A stretch of 64,000 nucleotides of DNA from NCBI GenBank assembly GCA_902520725.1, contig CABYPB010000002.1, positions 8,666 through 72,665 on the forward strand, in the 5' to 3' direction. Source of the stretch: an uncultured SAR86 cluster bacterium. GTDB taxonomy: Bacteria > Pseudomonadota > Gammaproteobacteria > Magnimaribacterales > D2472. Positions 1-9,018 of the stretch are shown piece after piece. How positions within the stretch are numbered: position 1 is the stretch's first letter; every line of letters begins with the position of its first letter. Both the position numbers and the translations under genes were made by a program. The notes beneath the pieces are model-generated. The model ran no database searches and was not told where the DNA came from. It saw only the letters and a list, made by a program, of their open reading frames with translations.

Positions 1-165
1 CTAATGCTTGGATTTACATGTGAATATGATTCTGGAATCATCAAAGTAGATGAAAAAGAAATTGCAGAGGCTGCATGGTATAAAGCTTCAGAGTTACCAT
101 ATGTTCCTCCACAAACAAGCTTATCGGGACAATTAATTAGTTCTTTTGTCGAGGATCATTCTTAG
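1..165 (+). CDS. nudC: NAD(H) pyrophosphatase NudC, C-terminal fragment (partial)
   Basis: Manual translation of frame 1 gives LMLGFTCEYDSGIIKVDEKEIAEAAWYKASELPYVPPQTSLSGQLISSFVEDHS*, matching the NudC C-terminal pattern LMLGF..EY..G.I.VD..EI.EA.W....LP..P...S....LI. Not in the ORF track. Confidence 0.85.
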   Translation, partial: LMLGFTCEYDSGIIKVDEKEIAEAAWYKASELPYVPPQTSLSGQLISSFVEDHS

Positions 166-2167
166 CCCTCATTGGAATAGCTTTTTTCACTTTCTTTTCT
201 TTTATTATTTCTTTTATTGGAGACTCTTTTTTTACAACTGCTTTATTTTTAATTGATGTATCATTTCTATTATCTTTTTTAACAGTTGATTTTCTAGGCA
301 AATTCTTTTTAACCTCTTTATTCACTTTAATAGGTTTTTTTGTATTTTTATTTTGATTTTTAGATTTTGTTTTATCTATTGGTTTTTTTGAATCAGAAGA
401 TTTATCAGTCTTTGTTTTATTAAAATTTTGATTATTTTTACTTTTAAAGTTTTTTCTAGCATTTGAAGAATTGGATCTATTTTTGTTACCTTTCCTTATA
501 TTCTTTTTAACTACTTTTTTAGGTGTTTTTTTGTTATCTTCACTTATGCCAGCAAAAGATTTTAACCATTTAATTAGTCCTTCTTGCTTTCTTTTTGGCA
601 TTTTTGGTGGCTTCACTCCACTAACTAGTGGCTTCATAGTCTTTGATTGGTTTTTACTATCTCTCCAGTCTGTACCTGGCTCTGGACTATTTGGTGTTAA
701 CTTATATGAATCTTGCATAGATGTATCTGAGCTCTTAATTCTCATTACTTTATAATATGGTCTAGACTTATATGGGTCTGCAATTACAAGAATCTTAATC
801 TTGTTAGTTTTTTCTATATTGATAATATCGTATCTTTTTTCATTTAAAAGATAACTTGCAACATCAGAAGGTACATAGACATGTATTTCTCCAGTATTGT
901 CTTTTGCAGCATCTTCTCCTACTATTCTTAAAATTGATTGTCCAAGTGACCTAGGGCCTCTTACTAAAACATGTTCTATATCATATGATTCGTTTAGTGA
1001 TGGTCTTAATCTTTGTCTGGAGACCTCTAATAATCCAAATCTTGATATATTTGAAATTTGAACTCTCGCTCTGTCAGAGTAAACTGCTTTTCTAAAAGCA
1101 GATTCAATTTTATTTTGATTATCTTCATTTGTCATATCAATAAAATCAATGACAACTAATCCACCAACATCTCTAAGTCTCAATTGCCTTGCAATTTCTT
1201 TGGCTGCCTCAAGATTTGTCTTGTATGCTGTTTCTTCTATATCCTTGCCTTTAGTTGATCTTGCAGAGTTAATATCTATTGCAGTCATTGCCTCAGTCGG
1301 ATCTATGACAATGGAACCACCAGAATTTAAAGATATTTCTCTTTGAAACGCTAATTCAATTTGTGATTCTATTTGGTATCTATTAAATAGAGGTATTTCT
1401 TCATTATAATATTTAACTTTTTCAGCGTGATCTGGAATTACAGCTTCAATAAACTCTTTAGCCTCTTGAAAAACATCATTATCATCAATTAGTATTTCCT
1501 CAATATCATCTTTAAAGTAATCTCTAACAACACGAACAATTAACTTATCATCACGAAAAATTAATGATGGCGATGTTGCATTTGGTGTTGTGTTATTTAT
1601 TTCATCCCAAAGTGCAAGTAAGTAGGCCATATCTAAACTAAGCTCTTCAACAGATCTTCCTAATCCATTAGTACGAACTATTGCACTCATATTGTCAGGA
1701 ATATTAAGTTTATCTAGTGTATTTTTAATTTGGTCTCTTTCCTCACCGCTAATCCTTCTTGATATACCACCTGATCTTGATGAATTAGGAATTAAAACTA
1801 GAAAACGGCCAGCAAGACCAATTTGAGTTGTAAGTGCAGCACCCTTTGAGCCTCTTTCTTCCTTAGTAACTTGAACAATAATTTCTTGACCTTCCTCTAA
1901 TGTACAAATAAATTTACCTTTTTTATCTTTTTTATAAAACTGACTTGATAGGTCTTTCAGAGGTAAGAATCCATGTCTTTCAGATCCAAAATTTACAAAT
2001 GCAGCATCTAGGCTGGATTCAATTCTTGATACAGTTGCTTTAAATATACTTCCTTTAAGAAGGGTTTTATCAGGTGACTCTGTATCAAAATCATATAATT
2101 TAGCACCATCAACTAGTGCCACACGAAGCTCATCACCATATGATGAGTTTATAAGTATTCTTTTCAT
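137..2167 (-). CDS. rne: Ribonuclease E
   Basis: MKRILIN start, S1 domain (AAFVNFGSERHGFLP), AIDINSAR and VIDFIDM catalytic motifs, amphipathic segment EGLIKWLKSFAG, K/N-rich disordered tail ending RAKNDPR. Confidence 0.96.
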   Translation of the reverse strand: MKRILINSSYGDELRVALVDGAKLYDFDTESPDKTLLKGSIFKATVSRIESSLDAAFVNFGSERHGFLPLKDLSSQFYKKDKKGKFICTLEEGQEIIVQVTKEERGSKGAALTTQIGLAGRFLVLIPNSSRSGGISRRISGEERDQIKNTLDKLNIPDNMSAIVRTNGLGRSVEELSLDMAYLLALWDEINNTTPNATSPSLIFRDDKLIVRVVRDYFKDDIEEILIDDNDVFQEAKEFIEAVIPDHAEKVKYYNEEIPLFNRYQIESQIELAFQREISLNSGGSIVIDPTEAMTAIDINSARSTKGKDIEETAYKTNLEAAKEIARQLRLRDVGGLVVIDFIDMTNEDNQNKIESAFRKAVYSDRARVQISNISRFGLLEVSRQRLRPSLNESYDIEHVLVRGPRSLGQSILRIVGEDAAKDNTGEIHVYVPSDVASYLLNEKRYDIINIEKTNKIKILVIADPYKSRPYYKVMRIKSSDTSMQDSYKLTPNSPEPGTDWRDSKNQSKTMKPLVSGVKPPKMPKRKQEGLIKWLKSFAGISEDNKKTPKKVVKKNIRKGNKNRSNSSNARKNFKSKNNQNFNKTKTDKSSDSKKPIDKTKSKNQNKNTKKPIKVNKEVKKNLPRKSTVKKDNRNDTSIKNKAVVKKESPIKEIIKEKKVKKAIPMRAKNDPRQKN

Positions 2168-2275
2168 TTATTTCTCCCTATCAATTAGGAAGATAAGTCA
2201 GCAGTGTGCTTTTTAAGCTTCTATCAGTTAGTCTTACGTATTTTTGCTAATCTGATTAATCCATTTAAGGATTGT
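2168..2275 (-). promoter_or_regulatory. Structured rne 5' leader, with a hairpin occluding the Shine-Dalgarno sequence
   Basis: Minus strand reads TCTTCCTA-attga-TAGGGAGA-aataa-ATG, so the GGGAG SD lies in a stem. Further inverted repeats upstream (ATCAG.TTAG/CTAA.CTGAT; AATCC/GGATT). Confidence 0.55.
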
Positions 2276-2359
2276 AAAATTTAACTGTTGTAATTATCTT
2301 TCATTAATTAAACTAAGCAATTCCTAGTTATTTAGGTGTATATCCTATAGATTTGTACT

Positions 2360-3244
2360 ATGTCTGTCAAAAAATTGAAAGTTAACAGTGATAACGAGGG
2401 AAGACGAATAGATAATTATTTATTATCGATTTATAAATCTGTTCCTAAAAGTAAAATCTACAAAATTATTAGAAAAGGGGAAGTAAGAGTTAATTCTTCA
2501 AGAGTTAAAGCCCATTACAAATTATGTCTAAACGATTTAATTCGTATACCACCGAACTTAGATACTCAAGAGTCAAAAAATAATATTATTGAAGCAAAAC
2601 ATATTAATAACTACGTCTCAGATATATTATACGAAGATACAAATTATTTAATATTAAATAAAAACAAAGGCATTAGTGTCCATGCTGGCACTAAAAATAT
2701 AATTGGACTAATTGATCTTGTTCGAAATAAATTCGGTGAGAATATAGATTTATGCCATCGCCTTGATAAGGACACTACAGGTTGTATAGTATTTGCAAAG
2801 AATAAAAAATCTGTAAAGCATTTCAATGAAGCATTAAAAAATCAAAGTGTTACAAAGACATACAATGCAATTCTAGTTGGCAATCTAAAGAATAATATCA
2901 AAATTGATAAACCAATTTACAAAGATGATCCTGAGAAAATTAAAAACTCATTATCTAAATTTAAAATAGTTAAAACCTCAGATAACTTTACATTTGTAGA
3001 AGTACAAATATTCAGCGGAAGAACACACCAAATTAGAATACATGCATCCTCAATTAATCATCCTGTTTTGTTTGATGATAAGTATGGAGATCAAACTATT
3101 AATAAGTCATTAACTAATTTATCAAATACAAAGATTGCACTTCATTCAAAGTCTATAATTTTTAATGATCTTAATTCTAATCTAATTGAAGTTAATGCAG
3201 AACTGCCTCCAAATTTTGTGTATATGATTGATGAACTTATATAA
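2360..3244 (+). CDS. rluC: 23S rRNA pseudouridine synthase (RluC/RluA family)
   Basis: S4 domain (RIDNYL, IIRKGEVRVN), HRLDKDTTG, GRTHQIRIH; divergent from rne as is typical for rluC. Confidence 0.92.
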   Translation: MSVKKLKVNSDNEGRRIDNYLLSIYKSVPKSKIYKIIRKGEVRVNSSRVKAHYKLCLNDLIRIPPNLDTQESKNNIIEAKHINNYVSDILYEDTNYLILNKNKGISVHAGTKNIIGLIDLVRNKFGENIDLCHRLDKDTTGCIVFAKNKKSVKHFNEALKNQSVTKTYNAILVGNLKNNIKIDKPIYKDDPEKIKNSLSKFKIVKTSDNFTFVEVQIFSGRTHQIRIHASSINHPVLFDDKYGDQTINKSLTNLSNTKIALHSKSIIFNDLNSNLIEVNAELPPNFVYMIDELI

Positions 3245-3301
3245 AATACCTATTATTATTATATAAACTTTGTTAGGATAGCGTTTTTTAAAGGGCTTAT
3301 T

Positions 3302-3511
3302 ATGGCAGTACAAAAAAGTAAAGTAACAAGATCTAGAAGGGGGCAAAGACGCTCTCATGATGCTTTAAAGAAAAATACATTATCTGTTGACCCAGTGTCA
3401 GGTGAGAAGCATTTACGTCATCAAATGACTAAAGATGGTTTTTATAAGGGTAGATTGATTAAAGATTTACGTAAACCTATTAAAGAAGAGTCTGAAGAAG
3501 TAACATCATAG
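3302..3511 (+). CDS. rpmF: 50S ribosomal protein L32
   Basis: [22 protein letters not shown]...GEKHLRH...GFYKGR. Confidence 0.97.
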   Translation: MAVQKSKVTRSRRGQRRSHDALKKNTLSVDPVSGEKHLRHQMTKDGFYKGRLIKDLRKPIKEESEEVTS

Positions 3512-3513
3512 TT

Positions 3514-4434
3514 ATGCCTAGGCATATTACAGTCGCATTTCCGGGTCAGGGCTCCCAATACGTTGGTATGTTAGATCATTTACCAGAAGGTTTTATTAAT
3601 AATTTTAAGGATGAGATTAGAGAATCACTAGAATTTGATATTCTAGATATTATAAAAAATGGAAGTGAAGAAAAACTTAATAAAACATCCATAACGCAAC
3701 CTGCAATATTATTAACTTCATATTTAGAATACAAATTCATGTTAGATAAGTTAAATATTGAACCAGACCTTTTGTGTGGACATTCTTTAGGTGAATATAC
3801 TGCGTTAGTTGCAGCTCAGGCTCTAACACTCAGAGATGCCTTAAGAGTTGTTCATAAACGAGGCCTTTATATGGAGGAATCATTATCAGGTTCCATGTTT
3901 GCAATTTTAAATACAGACATGAAAATTATTGATGATTGCTGTCAGAAAGCATCTTCAAAATCAAATAAAATAGTATCACCTGCAAACATTAATTCATCTA
4001 AACAAGTAGTCATCGCAGGAGAAGATGAAGCTGTTGAATTAGCAATTGAATATTTAAAAAATAATGGTGCAAAGAAATGCATTAGATTAAACGTTAGCGT
4101 ACCTTCTCATTGCGATTTAATGTATGAAGCAGCTACAAAGCTTTCAACAATATTAGACGAAATAAAAATTAATAATTGCGAGTATGAATTAATACATAAT
4201 CTTGATGCTAAAAAATCTAATGACTTTTCTTCTATTAAAAATAAATTAATTTTACAATTAACTAAGCCAGTTCGATGGTCAGATATAATGACTCATGTAA
4301 AAACTAAGAACGGTATATTTATTGAATGTGGCCCAAAAAATATTTTATCTGGTTTAGCAAAAGCTAATGATATTGAAAATATATATACAACTTCATCAAA
4401 TACTTTTATATCAGAGGTGGGAAAAATATTATGA
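3514..4434 (+). CDS. fabD: Malonyl-CoA:ACP transacylase
   Basis: FPGQGSQ, TQPA, GHSLGEY, VSVPSH motifs. Confidence 0.96.
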   Translation: MPRHITVAFPGQGSQYVGMLDHLPEGFINNFKDEIRESLEFDILDIIKNGSEEKLNKTSITQPAILLTSYLEYKFMLDKLNIEPDLLCGHSLGEYTALVAAQALTLRDALRVVHKRGLYMEESLSGSMFAILNTDMKIIDDCCQKASSKSNKIVSPANINSSKQVVIAGEDEAVELAIEYLKNNGAKKCIRLNVSVPSHCDLMYEAATKLSTILDEIKINNCEYELIHNLDAKKSNDFSSIKNKLILQLTKPVRWSDIMTHVKTKNGIFIECGPKNILSGLAKANDIENIYTTSSNTFISEVGKIL

Positions 4435-5147
4435 TCAAAGGTAATGTATTTGTGTCTGGTGCCTCTCGTGGAATTGGGAAAAATATTGCAACACTTTTTT
4501 CAAACAATGGATTTAAAGTCATAGGAACTTCAAGAAATGAATTCAGCATTGCTGATTGTAATGATAATTTTATTCCTCTTAAGCTAGATATCACGTCAAG
4601 AGAAAATATAAATGATTGTTTTAATTATTTAAAAGATAAAAATCTATTACCTAATATTCTTATAAATAATGCAGGCATAACTGCTGATCAAATTTTTATG
4701 AGGATGAAAGACGAAGACTGGGATAATGTAATTGAAACCAATCTTACTGGTACGTTCAATTTATCAAAAATCTTTATCAAGAATATGATTAAAAACAAAA
4801 ATGGCAGAATAATAAATATTTCATCTGTTTCAGGATTAATGGGAAATCCAGGGCAAGTAAATTATGCCTCATCAAAAGCTGCACTAAGCGGATTTACTAA
4901 ATCTCTTGCTAAAGAGGTAGGTTCAAGAAACATTACAGTTAATTCTGTAGCTCCTGGATATATAGATACTGACATGACATCATTCTTAGATGCTGATGCT
5001 AAAGAAAAAATAATAAATAATATTCCTCTTGGCAGGATTGGTATTGCAAGTGATGTATCCGAGCTTGTAATGTTTTTAGCATCTGATGAAGCATCGTATA
5101 TTACTGGACAGACCATATCTGTTGATGGTGGATTATTGATGTATTAA
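4431..5147 (+). CDS. fabG: 3-oxoacyl-ACP reductase
   Basis: GASRGIG, NNAGIT, YASSK, VAPGYIDTDM; lies between fabD and acpP. Confidence 0.95.
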   Translation: MIKGNVFVSGASRGIGKNIATLFSNNGFKVIGTSRNEFSIADCNDNFIPLKLDITSRENINDCFNYLKDKNLLPNILINNAGITADQIFMRMKDEDWDNVIETNLTGTFNLSKIFIKNMIKNKNGRIINISSVSGLMGNPGQVNYASSKAALSGFTKSLAKEVGSRNITVNSVAPGYIDTDMTSFLDADAKEKIINNIPLGRIGIASDVSELVMFLASDEASYITGQTISVDGGLLMY

Positions 5148-5215
5148 ATTTATGTGCATCTTTGAACTAATAGATGTAAAATGTGTCAAATTCAATATAG
5201 GGTTATGGAGTTATT

Positions 5216-5446
5216 ATGAGTGTTGAAGAAAGAGTCAAAAAAATTGTAAGCGACCAATTAGGAAAATCATTAGATGAAATTCAAAATGATTCGTCCTTTG
5301 TTGATGATTTAGGAGCAGATTCTCTCGATACTGTTGAATTAGTAATGGCATTAGAAGAAGAATTTGATTTAGAAATTGCAGATGAAGATGCTGAAAAAAT
5401 ATCAACAGTAAATGAAGCTGTAGATTATATTAATTCTAATTCCTAA
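5216..5446 (+). CDS. acpP: Acyl carrier protein
   Basis: [20 protein letters not shown]; GGAG SD upstream. Confidence 0.98.
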   Translation: MSVEERVKKIVSDQLGKSLDEIQNDSSFVDDLGADSLDTVELVMALEEEFDLEIADEDAEKISTVNEAVDYINSNS

Positions 5447-5500
5447 TTTCTTAATATTAATTTAATTGTTTAAATAACTTAGGTTATTTAAAATTTTGTC

Positions 5501-6448
5501 ATGTATTTTATTAAATTAATTCTTTTTTTAGCATTACTATCATTATCAATTATTGCTCCATATTTTGCTTACATAAGTTACATTCCTAGTTATGATGAAA
5601 AATATATAGAAATAACCCCAGGTGAATCTATAAATCAAGTTGTATCAAAATTTTCCTCTCATTCCAAAATTAACAAAATTTTTATAAAAGTATTATTTTT
5701 ATCTGAAGATATAAGTTCATTTAAGGTTGGCGAATACAGTATAAAAAATAAAACAATAAAAGAAATTATTTCGATAATGTCAAAAGGCGACACAGTAACT
5801 TATAAATTTAAAATTCAGGAAGGTTCCACTATTTATGATCTAGAGAAACAAATCAATTCTTCAAATTTGATAAATGATTGCAGTTATCTTAAATGTTTAG
5901 AAAGTACATTTCCTTATACTGAGGGAATTTTATATCCGGATACTTATTTTTACAAAAAAAATATGAAAGCATCTGAAATTTTGAATAAAAGCTACCAACG
6001 AATGAATGAATTTATTCAATCATTACCTCGTAACAATAATTCGTCTTTATCAAAAAATGAATTATTGATATTAGCATCAATAATTGAAAAAGAAGCTGGA
6101 AATGATGATGAAAAGAATGAGATTGCTGGGGTATTTTTAAATAGAATATCGATTAATATGAAACTTCAGGCTGATCCAACAATTATCTATGGTTTATTGC
6201 CAAATTTCGACGGTGATATAAAAAAATCTGATATTCTTAGTACACAAAATAAATACAACACATACATGATAAAAGGACTACCACCATCACCAATTGCTAT
6301 TTCATCAAGATCTTCTATATTAGCTGCTTTTAATGCGACACCAAGCGACTATTTATTTTTTGTAGCTGATTCTAAAAATTCTCACTATTTTTCTAAAACA
6401 TACGAAGAACATTTAAATAAAATAAAAGAACTAGGACTTGATCGGTGA
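5501..6448 (+). CDS. mltG: Endolytic murein transglycosylase MltG (YceG)
   Basis: N-terminal TM, EGILYPDTY, LASIIEKE, LQADPT, YNTY...GLPPSPI. Confidence 0.93.
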   Translation: MYFIKLILFLALLSLSIIAPYFAYISYIPSYDEKYIEITPGESINQVVSKFSSHSKINKIFIKVLFLSEDISSFKVGEYSIKNKTIKEIISIMSKGDTVTYKFKIQEGSTIYDLEKQINSSNLINDCSYLKCLESTFPYTEGILYPDTYFYKKNMKASEILNKSYQRMNEFIQSLPRNNNSSLSKNELLILASIIEKEAGNDDEKNEIAGVFLNRISINMKLQADPTIIYGLLPNFDGDIKKSDILSTQNKYNTYMIKGLPPSPIAISSRSSILAAFNATPSDYLFFVADSKNSHYFSKTYEEHLNKIKELGLDR

Positions 6449-7035
6449 AGATAATATCTTTTGAAGGTATAGAGGGTGTTGGTAAAAGTACTCAAATTGA
6501 GTTGTTAAAAAAATTTTTAGAAAAGAACTCTAAATCAGTAGAAGTTTTTAGAGAACCTGGCTCAACACTCTCTGGAGAGAAAATTAGAGATATTTTATTG
6601 GATGATCAATATGATTTATCTAGCAAAACAGAATTATTATTAATGTTTTCTGCAAGATCAGAACTTGTTAACAAAAAAATTAATAATTCCACTGCTGATT
6701 ATCTTCTTCTTGATAGATTTTTTGATGCATCATTAGCTTATCAAGGATATGGAAGAAATCTCTCTATAGAATTAATAAATAAACTCGTAGATTTTATTGA
6801 TTGTCCTTCACCTGATCTTAGCTTTCTTATTGATATCTCAGTTGAAGAAGGTTTTGCAAGAAAAATTAATGACAAAATTGACAGAATTGAATCATCAGGA
6901 TATGACTTTTTCAATAAAGTTCGCAACGGATATCTAGAAATTGCAAAAAATAATGAGGATAGGTTTATTATTATAAATGGATCTAAAACAGTTGACGAAA
7001 TTCATAATAATATTATTCAAAATATAGATATATAA
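6445..7035 (+). CDS. tmk: Thymidylate kinase
   Basis: FEGIEGVGKSTQ, REPG, LDRF...AYQGYGR; GTG start overlapping the mltG stop. Confidence 0.96.
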   Translation: MKIISFEGIEGVGKSTQIELLKKFLEKNSKSVEVFREPGSTLSGEKIRDILLDDQYDLSSKTELLLMFSARSELVNKKINNSTADYLLLDRFFDASLAYQGYGRNLSIELINKLVDFIDCPSPDLSFLIDISVEEGFARKINDKIDRIESSGYDFFNKVRNGYLEIAKNNEDRFIIINGSKTVDEIHNNIIQNIDI

Positions 7036-7037
7036 AT

Positions 7038-8006
7038 ATGAAATCTTTAGATTTACCATGGATAATTAATATTTTATCAACCCTAAGTTTTAGCAATTTA
7101 CCTCATGGGATAATTATTTCTGGTCCAGACGGCATTGGAAAAAAAATTCTAGCTAATGCTATATCATCTAGATTGCTTATAAACAAAACTACAAATATTG
7201 AGAATAGTGATTTAGTTAACTCTAACAGTCATCCTGACTATTTTTATTTAAATAATGAAAAGGTTTTGCTTCACAATATTACTTTTAGAAAAAATAAATG
7301 GGACGACGAAAAAGGTCAACGAAATGTAAATGACTTTCTTTCAAAAACACCATCTATTTCAATAAATAAAGTTGCTGTTATTGTTAATGCGCAAACTATG
7401 AATGACGAAAGTCAAAATGCACTTCTTAAATCATTAGAAGAACCGTCTCCCAATTCCTATATCATAATGATTACAAACAGGCCTAAATGTCTTCTTAATA
7501 CAATATATAGTAGATGTCAGGTTATAAATATACCATCACTAAAAATAGATGATTTAAATAAATGGTTAATTAATAATGGGGTATCTGATGTAAATGCATT
7601 AGATTTTCCTAGCTTTACTTCGCCTCTTAAAATATTAGAGGAGCTTGAAAATAATCAACATTTAAATTTCAAACAATTTATAAAAATTATTACAGAATTT
7701 ATATTTAATAATTCTGATACAAACTCAACAATTAAAAAAATAATCTCATTGGATATAGATTTAATTATGAAAATTAATTATTTAATAGAATTTTTAAAGA
7801 TTATTCTTAAGTCTAGATTATTATCTGAAGATCTTTCAGGAGTCTTCAAAGATTTTAATAGTTCTAATTTTAACAATTTAAAAATATCTAATCTAATGAA
7901 TGAGCTTAATGCTTTGCGCTATGATTATTTTAAAGTTCCACAAATAAATGAAACTCATGTGCTTAATTATTATCTAAGTGAACTAAAAAACTCAATTAAG
8001 ATATAG
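7038..8006 (+). CDS. holB: DNA polymerase III delta-prime subunit
   Basis: GPDGIGK, HPD, NALLKSLEEP, TIYSRC; follows tmk. Confidence 0.9.
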   Translation: MKSLDLPWIINILSTLSFSNLPHGIIISGPDGIGKKILANAISSRLLINKTTNIENSDLVNSNSHPDYFYLNNEKVLLHNITFRKNKWDDEKGQRNVNDFLSKTPSISINKVAVIVNAQTMNDESQNALLKSLEEPSPNSYIIMITNRPKCLLNTIYSRCQVINIPSLKIDDLNKWLINNGVSDVNALDFPSFTSPLKILEELENNQHLNFKQFIKIITEFIFNNSDTNSTIKKIISLDIDLIMKINYLIEFLKIILKSRLLSEDLSGVFKDFNSSNFNNLKISNLMNELNALRYDYFKVPQINETHVLNYYLSELKNSIKI

Positions 8007-8763
8007 TAGTTCCACCATCAACAACTATAGTTTGTCCGTTAATGTAGTTTCCTGCCTCTGAAGCCAACATAACAGCTACACCTGCTATTTCATCAGGCTC
8101 ACCAATTCGTTGCATTGGTGTTGTGCCTAAAACTGACTTAAGAATATCTGGATTTTCCCATAGCGCTTTAGCAAAGTCTGTTTTTATCAATCCCGGTGCA
8201 ATAGAGTTTGCCCTTATATTTTTATGACCAAATTCAGTAGCAATGTTTTTTACAATCATAACATCTGCTGCTTTACTAATATTATAGGCACCAAGTATTG
8301 GACTGCCTTTAATAGCTGCAATGCTTGATATTATAATTATTGATCCATCATTTCGTTCTATCATCTCTGGCAGAACTAAGTTACATAAAATTTGATTTGA
8401 TTTAATATTGTTATTCATAACTTTATCAAATTTTTCTAATGGCATATCTAACATAGACCCCATAAATGGGTTTGTTGCTGCATTGCAAACTAATACATCT
8501 ATTTTGCCTAGCTGTTTTCTTGTAGACTCTACTAGATGCTCTAATTGATTTTCGTCACTTATACTTGCAGCAATTGGAAAAGCTACTTCTTTACCAATTT
8601 CATTATTAATATCATTAGCTGTTTGCTCACAAGCGTCTAACTTTCGACTTGATATTATCACGTTAGCACCATGTAAAGCGCATTGGTGGGCAATAGATTT
8701 ACCAATACCTCGAGATGATCCTGTAATTAAAATAGATTTATTTTTAAGGTTAAATAATGACAT
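7996..8763 (-). CDS. Short-chain dehydrogenase/reductase (DHRS4-like)
   Basis: TGSSRGIG, CNAATNP, YNISK, NSIAPGLIKTDF. Confidence 0.9.
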   Translation of the reverse strand: MSLFNLKNKSILITGSSRGIGKSIAHQCALHGANVIISSRKLDACEQTANDINNEIGKEVAFPIAASISDENQLEHLVESTRKQLGKIDVLVCNAATNPFMGSMLDMPLEKFDKVMNNNIKSNQILCNLVLPEMIERNDGSIIIISSIAAIKGSPILGAYNISKAADVMIVKNIATEFGHKNIRANSIAPGLIKTDFAKALWENPDILKSVLGTTPMQRIGEPDEIAGVAVMLASEAGNYINGQTIVVDGGTTIS

Positions 8764-8783
8764 ATTTTCATTATAATTAAATT
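8764..8783. promoter_or_regulatory. Candidate bidirectional leaderless promoter (palindromic -10)
   Basis: CAT-attttc-ATTATAAT-taaatt-ATG: TATAAT on both strands, each exactly 6 nt from a start codon; no SD. Confidence 0.65.
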
Positions 8784-9014
8784 ATGAGTAAAAAAGTTGA
8801 AATATATTCCAAATCAAATTGTTCATATTGTGTAATGGCTATGAATTTTTTTGAATCTAAGAATGTAGATTATGAAGTTTATAGTACAGATGATCCAAAT
8901 ATATTTGATGAAATGATGAAAAGAAATCCATATGCGAGAACTCTACCTCAAATATTTATAGATGATGAGCTTATTGGTGGTTATACTGATTTGATCGAAA
9001 AATATACGGAATAA
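8784..9014 (+). CDS. grxC: Glutaredoxin 3
   Basis: CSYC active site, RTLPQIFI, IGGYTDL. Confidence 0.88.
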   Translation: MSKKVEIYSKSNCSYCVMAMNFFESKNVDYEVYSTDDPNIFDEMMKRNPYARTLPQIFIDDELIGGYTDLIEKYTE

Positions 9015-9018
9015 TATT

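Noticed and set aside
471-755. Hydrophobic 94-aa plus-strand ORF, and the other short antisense or nested ORFs in the track
   Set aside because: They are shadows of real genes: Lys/Asn-rich codons read as Phe/Leu on the opposite strand. No motifs or initiation signals.
3302-3511. L32 lacks zinc-ribbon cysteines
   Set aside because: The Cys-free form is normal in many gammaproteobacteria including E. coli, so it is not evidence for zinc sparing.
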